Shown piece by piece: positions 58,229 to 64,000 of a stretch of DNA of 64,000 nt (its first letter is position 1; each line of letters begins with the position of its first letter). The stretch is from NCBI RefSeq assembly GCF_009914755.1, contig NC_060928.1. One strand, given 5' to 3'. Source of the DNA: the human T2T-CHM13v2.0 reference genome, Homo sapiens. The translations under genes and the position numbers were made by a program. The notes below the pieces were generated by a model. It was not told the origin of the DNA. It searched no databases and saw nothing but the letters and a program-made list of their open reading frames with translations.

Positions 58229-60950
58229 GGCTGCAGCGGGAATTCGCACTCGGCACCAATCAGAGCCCCATGCCGCGGCCCCTCTGTTGTTTCAGACTGA
58301 CACCCGGGCAGCCGAGAAGAACAGACGCTCTTTAAGTTTGATTCCTAACACTGGAGTTGGCCTTAAACAAAACAAACACAAAAACTTTTAAAGAATTAAA
58401 CCAAGGCTTAGCCTTAAGCAGCTCAGTGGAAGGATGAGCTGCTGCGGACCACAGCCAGCCACTGCATCTGCTGCACAGTTGAACGATGGGCAGTGGCTCA
58501 CCCCCACTCCTTTATTTCAGCAAAAGCTAATTAAATTGTAATGTTTCTATGTCAACTACTGGGAAGTATGTTACAGTCTTAGCCAGGATGCATGAGAGAT
58601 GTTATTTGGGAGACTTGAGATGCTTTGGCTGATATTTACATGTTTTCGATAAGAAAGGGATCGCTGATTGAGTTATTGAGATAGTTTTTCCAGAGCTGGA
58701 GGTCACGTTTCTAAAACTCACCTACGAAAGATAGCATTAAAGGAACAGGGGCTCTCTGAGGATGGCCACTGATGTGTGTTTGTGGATACCTGGGCATCGA
58801 CCCAGCCTGCAGGTGAGCTCTGGGCCATGTTGCCTTGACACAGTCACAGTGTAGAGGCTGCAGGTGCACACGTGGGCTCCAGTGGGACTGCGCTCTGGGA
58901 GACTGCTCCCTGGCATCGGTCCTGCGGAGGTGGAAAGTTCGAGAGGAGGAGCTATTTGCGAGGAAGCCCTGTGGCAATAGAGATAGGCTTAAAAGCGGAG
59001 AGAACACAGAGTGGAATCAGCCCCCTGTAAGTTAAAGGGTAGAGAAAGAGATGTGTGGCTGGGCCCTCTCCCACCTGCCTGTTCAGTGGAGGCCAGGGCA
59101 GCAGCCCAGAACAGCACATGTGGGGGAGGTGGCCCCTTGTGCCAGCAGTGGCTCCTCTCTGCCTTTGAGCCCTGCACAGCTGGACCCATCCTAAGTGCCA
59201 GTGAGTCCCTCACACATTTGACTTTAGAACGTGTGCTTCATGACCCGTTGTACAGACGGAGGAGCGAGCAACACACGTCTAACAGCCTAGACAATCTCGT
59301 CAGATGCTCATACTGGACCATCAGCCTCCCCATTTTAGCTGACTTTCCCAGGGTCGTTGGCAAATTTTTTGTTCTGTCTTTTCCTTGACTAATTGTAGAA
59401 CTTTGTGTGAGGACTTTGGTTATCCAAAATCACAGAAATGAACCGTTTTGCAGCTGCGCAGTCTAAAGGGCAGGCCAGTGTCTGGAAGCAGGGCCCACGT
59501 GGCGGTCCGCTGGCAGGCTGGTCCTGGGGAGCATTCTGCGGACCCGGTCACGGGCTTGGTTAGTCATGCGTACATGTGTGCCTTGGGGTGCTCTGCACTC
59601 CACGGCCCTTCTCAGCCACACTTCCCACCCCAGGGGGTGCCCCCAGGCTGATCTCATTTCTGATGTTGAGGGCTGTTTGGCTCTGTCTGTATAGCTTGTA
59701 ACAGGAGCCTTGGGCTAGGGGCTGGGGAAGGAAAGCCGAGCTGGCATTCGTTCTCTGGACTTTTTATGCCTGCCATACCCGCTAATGCTCCTCGAGGTGC
59801 AGGAGCAGGTTGCTGAGCCAGTGGCTGCCCCGTGCCCTCCTTCCCAGCACTATCATGTGTCACGTTTCCCGGACTCTGCCCCTACATCTCAGCTGAATCT
59901 CCAGGGAGGCTGCAGAGCATCGTGGAGACCACTTTCTGCCTCGGCCTTTAAATGCTGACTCACCTCCTCTCGGAGGAGGCGTCCTGTCTTCACGGGGGGG
60001 TCCCGGTGGCCTCCAGACGTAGCCATTTCCTGACATCAAGATGTTGAATGTAATCTGGTCTGAGCTGGGCCTGTGGGAGGGGCCGCCTGAGGCCTGTGCG
60101 CTGTTGTCCTCGCAGATGTACTTATTTTTGTTCATGATACGGGCGTTCCGTTCCTTAAAGATGTATATATTTTCTTACTGTACATAAAGATGTTCCTTAA
60201 GTCGTACAGAAGGTGGCGCGGCAAAGGGCCTCGTGCAGTGTGTTCAGATTGCCCCTGGGGATCTTCTGTGTCTTCAGCGCCCAGCCCTGCGTGTTCCTGG
60301 TGAAGCAGTTTCACATCAGTCTCTCCAGATAGCACTACGATGTATTCCGCTTCTGAACAGGATCCCATGCCAGTGTGGAACACCTTCCCAATCTTAGTTC
60401 AGAAGTGGCTTGTATGACCTGTTCAGGGGTCACATGAGGTCTCGCCAGTTTCCTGGGTCCTCTTCAGAGGCCAGAAAGTTCTAAGTTCTGAGTCCCCGGC
60501 CAGGGTCCCTTAACACCTCGGCACAGAGGCTGTTGGCAAGTGTAGAGGCTGCCTCTGTGTGTGGTTTAAGTAAACTGGAAATGAGACATTGACGTGCTGC
60601 TCCTCCAGAGGTCTGCACACTCCACTTCACATGCCGTTGACTCTCACAGTCTAAGACTTCAGGGCCGGGACCTTTGTCCAGCCTGCACAGTAGAGTGAGG
60701 CTGCCTCTCCCGCCAGGCATTGGGATCCCATTTAGAAACGGCATTCACTTCAGAAGGTACTTTTTAACTGCTCAGTTTTTGACTATTTTAAATAGTTTGC
60801 TGAAAACTCCTGATAACACTTGCTACATATCATGTTTTAATTGCTTGTACAGTTAACCTTTAATTTTATTTAGTAAAGTGTATCAAAGTAGGACTTTTTT
60901 GAATTGTAAATAGGTGGTTTTATTAAATAAAAGTCAATGTAAAATTGTTA
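58229..60950 (+). other. TBC1D14: TBC1D14 3' UTR (~2.7 kb, Alu-free)
   Basis: Runs from the stop codon to an AU-rich end with a poly(A) signal; exact cleavage site inferred. Confidence 0.8.
60922..60931 (+). terminator. Overlapping poly(A) signals ATTAAA/AATAAA
   Basis: ATTAAATAAA, with upstream TGTA elements and downstream T/GT-rich sequence (TTATGTT, CGTTTGTTT). Confidence 0.85.
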
Positions 60951-61776
60951 CTTATGTTCACCATCGTTTGTTTAAAGTTGAAGTTCTCACTTTGAGCATG
61001 ATGCTGTTTGAATATCTTAAGATCCATTTATCAGACTGGTTAATAACAGGATGGTGCAGTGGTAGTTGAGTGAAGGGATTCGAGAGTTGAGTGTGCCCCT
61101 TGCAGGTTGGAGGGAGTCGCACCCTTGTACCCCCTCTCGAGCTAGCCCCTACCCACTGCTCCTTCCTGGTCCTGCAGCACCCTTCCTGGCGTGCAGCTGG
61201 TGCTTACTCTGTGCCAGCCACAGGACCAGGGGCTCTCCATGTTCCCTTCAGAACCTTCTCAGAAGCCCATGAATCAGGCACTGAGGTCTGTCTCCCCAGC
61301 AGGCAGTGGGGTGGCATGAGGTGGGGGTCAGTGGTGTCTTCTCAGGAGGCCGTGGCTGTGTGGTGGAAGGCTCCGCGAAGCCACTGAGAACTGGGTAACA
61401 CAGGGCCCGCCGTGTGGGTGGGCATCGCTCCGCTTCCCGAGGCAGGAGGCTCCCGGCTGGCGGGGCAGAACCTAGGGCAGCTTTCTCTTCTGGCCCCTTG
61501 CTCCCAGGACAATCCTTCTGTGTGCTCCATAGCACTCTCCCCAGAGCAGGTGCGGCTGCCCGCTCTCCCGCCTCTCCCTCAGTGGCTGCTCTCCTCTGTG
61601 GGCCACTGTTATCTCCTATGCGTTCTCTGCAGGCCATGGTGAGAGGACGGGCCACAGGCGTGATGGTGGCAGCAGTCACAGCCACGCCAGGCGCTGGGCC
61701 GAGTGCTGCCTGTGAGTCATCTCTGCAGCTGCTCTGCGGATGACAGGGCTATTGCCCCATTTCAAAGATGAGACAC

Positions 61777-62065
61777 GGCCGGGCGGGGTGGCTCACGCCT
61801 GTAATCCCAGCACTTTGGGAGGCTGAGGCGGGTGGATCACGAGGTCAAGACATAAAGACCTTCCTGGCCAACATGGTGAAACCCTGTTTCTGCCAAAAAA
61901 AAAAAAAAAAAAATTAGCTGGGTGTAGTGGCACATGCCTGTAATCCCAGCCACTCAGGAGGCTGAGGCAGAATTGCTTGAACCCGGGAGGCGGAAGTTGG
62001 AGATCGCACCACTCCACTCTAGCCTGGCAACAGAGCGATACTCAGTCTCAAAAAAAAAAAAAAAA
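61777..62065 (+). mobile_element. Alu with an expanded central poly(A)
   Basis: Alu consensus. Confidence 0.88.
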
Positions 62066-63845
62066 TATGAGACGCAGGGAAGGATGTGCGTAGACGCGGA
62101 CAGTGGTCAGAACTGGGTTTCAGACTCCAGCCTTGTGAATGACTCCCAAGCCCTTGTCAGAAACACCCTCTAGGGGAGGGGGCCTTTGCGAGCCTTGTTC
62201 TTGTAGGGCTGACCTCAACTCCAAGTGCAAGGTCTGGGGTGGAGCCTGGACTTACTTATTTGAGCGCCTCCTGTGTGCAGGCACCACCTGCAGAGGAAGA
62301 GATGGGGCCAATGGGGCTCATGGGCCAAGCACGGGCTGTGGTGGCAGGAGCCGTGGGATGTCTGCCCCAGAGGTAGCAGAGGTGCAAACATGAAAGGGGC
62401 CGGGATGCTTTCCTGAGTGCTGCAGCCCAGGGGAGAGGGGCTGATAGTTTACAAACCACCCCCGAGACGTGGAGCCTGCCAGGCAGGAAGGCACAAAGAG
62501 AACGGAACGCTGCACCAGTGCGGTGTGGAGAGGCAGTGTGGACCTTGAGACCAGCTGTGGGTCACCGGGGAGCCAAGGGAAGGGGCTGGCCAGCAGAGGG
62601 AAGCCTCAGAGCCAAGGGCCAGTCCTCAGATGGGTCCGTGTTAGGACGCGGAGGGGCTTGCAGGGTTCCCAGGGAAACCAGTGGATCTGCTTTGTGTGGT
62701 ACAAACACAAAGCTCAAATATTTGCTCATATGACTCAGGCCCTTGCCTGCCTACCAGGAACCTGGCCACGAACTAGAGTGGCCAGATAGGTCTTTCAGGC
62801 CCAGAGTGCTGGCCTGCCCCATGGGCTCCCGTGAGCATCGCCTGCAGCCAGCCTGCTCTGGCAGCACCGGCCAGGGCCACACCAAGGCACTGTTTCCCGA
62901 GACTTGCTGCCAAAGCCCCATTTTCCAGGATGCCTGAGCTGCCTGGGGTTCTATGTGGAGTGAGGGGAACTGCCTTCTCCCTAAGCATTACAACAAAAGG
63001 ACTTACTTGTCAACTCAGAAGCATCACTCTGGACTCCAGAACCTCACAAAGTTTATCCTCAAACGTTGTTCCTCCAGCTTCTTGCCCTGCTCTGGAGCTG
63101 CTGGTAGAAACTGCTCCAACCAAAAATAAATCCAAGTTTAAGGTGCAGTCTGGCCACAGGTTAAGACAGGGCCCTGGAGATAAATCTCATAACCAATCAT
63201 TGCCATTTAGGAACTCTGTGACTTTGGGGAATTTTCTTGAATTCCCTAAGCCTCATTTTTCTTTTCTGTTACCAAAGGTTAAAAAGAGTACCCAGCCCTG
63301 TCCACTGGCTTATGAAGATCAAACAAAAATAAGCTGAACTACTAATTATATTTTTAAAAAACACCCACAGAAACGTTGCCATGGGTTGGTAGACTCATGC
63401 CCTTCACATGGAAACCGTTAGTATCTTATACTCTTGAACTTAAGAATTTTTTTTAATTTGGGATTTTCCTCCTAAATTAAGTACGTTTACTATATAAAAT
63501 TTGGAAATTCAGAAAAGCATGAAGACAGTTGTTTTTAATTGTACCACCTAGAGAAAAGATACTGTTTTTAAATTCTGATCTTTTTTTCCTATAAGTAAAA
63601 TTTTCCCATTTTACAAATGAATACATTGAGGCTTAGAAAGCTGAAGTATTTTGTCCCAGGTCCCAGTCAGAAGAGAGCTGAATCCAGCTCAGCCTGATTC
63701 CAAGGTCTTAGGAACAAGCTGTGTCTTCTCCTAGACAGATCCTCGTATTCACCCTTGGCATCCTGTGGGTGAAATGTTAGAATACATCGTCAATTTAAAA
63801 ATTAGGGAGGGTGTAATTTTATTCATTAAAATATGTACATATTTA

Positions 63846-64000
63846 GCCGGGTGCAGTTTCTCACGCCTGTAATCCCAGCACTTTGGGAGGCTGAGGTGGG
63901 CAGATCACCTGAGGTCAGGAGTTTGAGGCCAACCTGGCTGACATGGTGAAATCCCGTCTCTACTAAAAATACAAAAATTAGCCAGGCATGGTGGTGGGTG
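63846..64000 (+). mobile_element. Alu, cut off by the window end
   Basis: Alu left arm and linker. Confidence 0.88.

Overview
Human (primate) genomic DNA covering the 3' two-thirds of TBC1D14 (TBC/RabGAP-domain protein) on the + strand. I traced eleven phase-consistent GT-AG coding exons (22078-58228), a ~2.7-kb 3' UTR ending near AATAAA at 60926, and an internal CpG-island promoter (~14.4-15.5 kb). The first exon from that promoter supplies only the ATG, giving a 1242-nt, 413-aa ORF. Introns hold about 35 Alus, a full-length SVA with a 14-bp TSD nested in an old L1, a 7SK retrocopy joined to an Alu, MER107, MER20, MIRs, a 54-bp minisatellite and a ~950-bp CA-rich tract. Nearly all ORFs in the supplied track are artefacts of repeats or GC-rich sequence. 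The most interesting unexplained signals are three. First, an in-frame cryptic exon pair that could replace the catalytic arginine-finger exon. Second, a candidate alternative first exon followed directly by a ~105-bp non-Alu inverted repeat enclosing duplicated UUCG hairpins. Third, a mirror-image Alu arrangement around the CA-rich tract. All family assignments are from recognition by eye, with no database searches. I see no evidence of a wholly new biological system.
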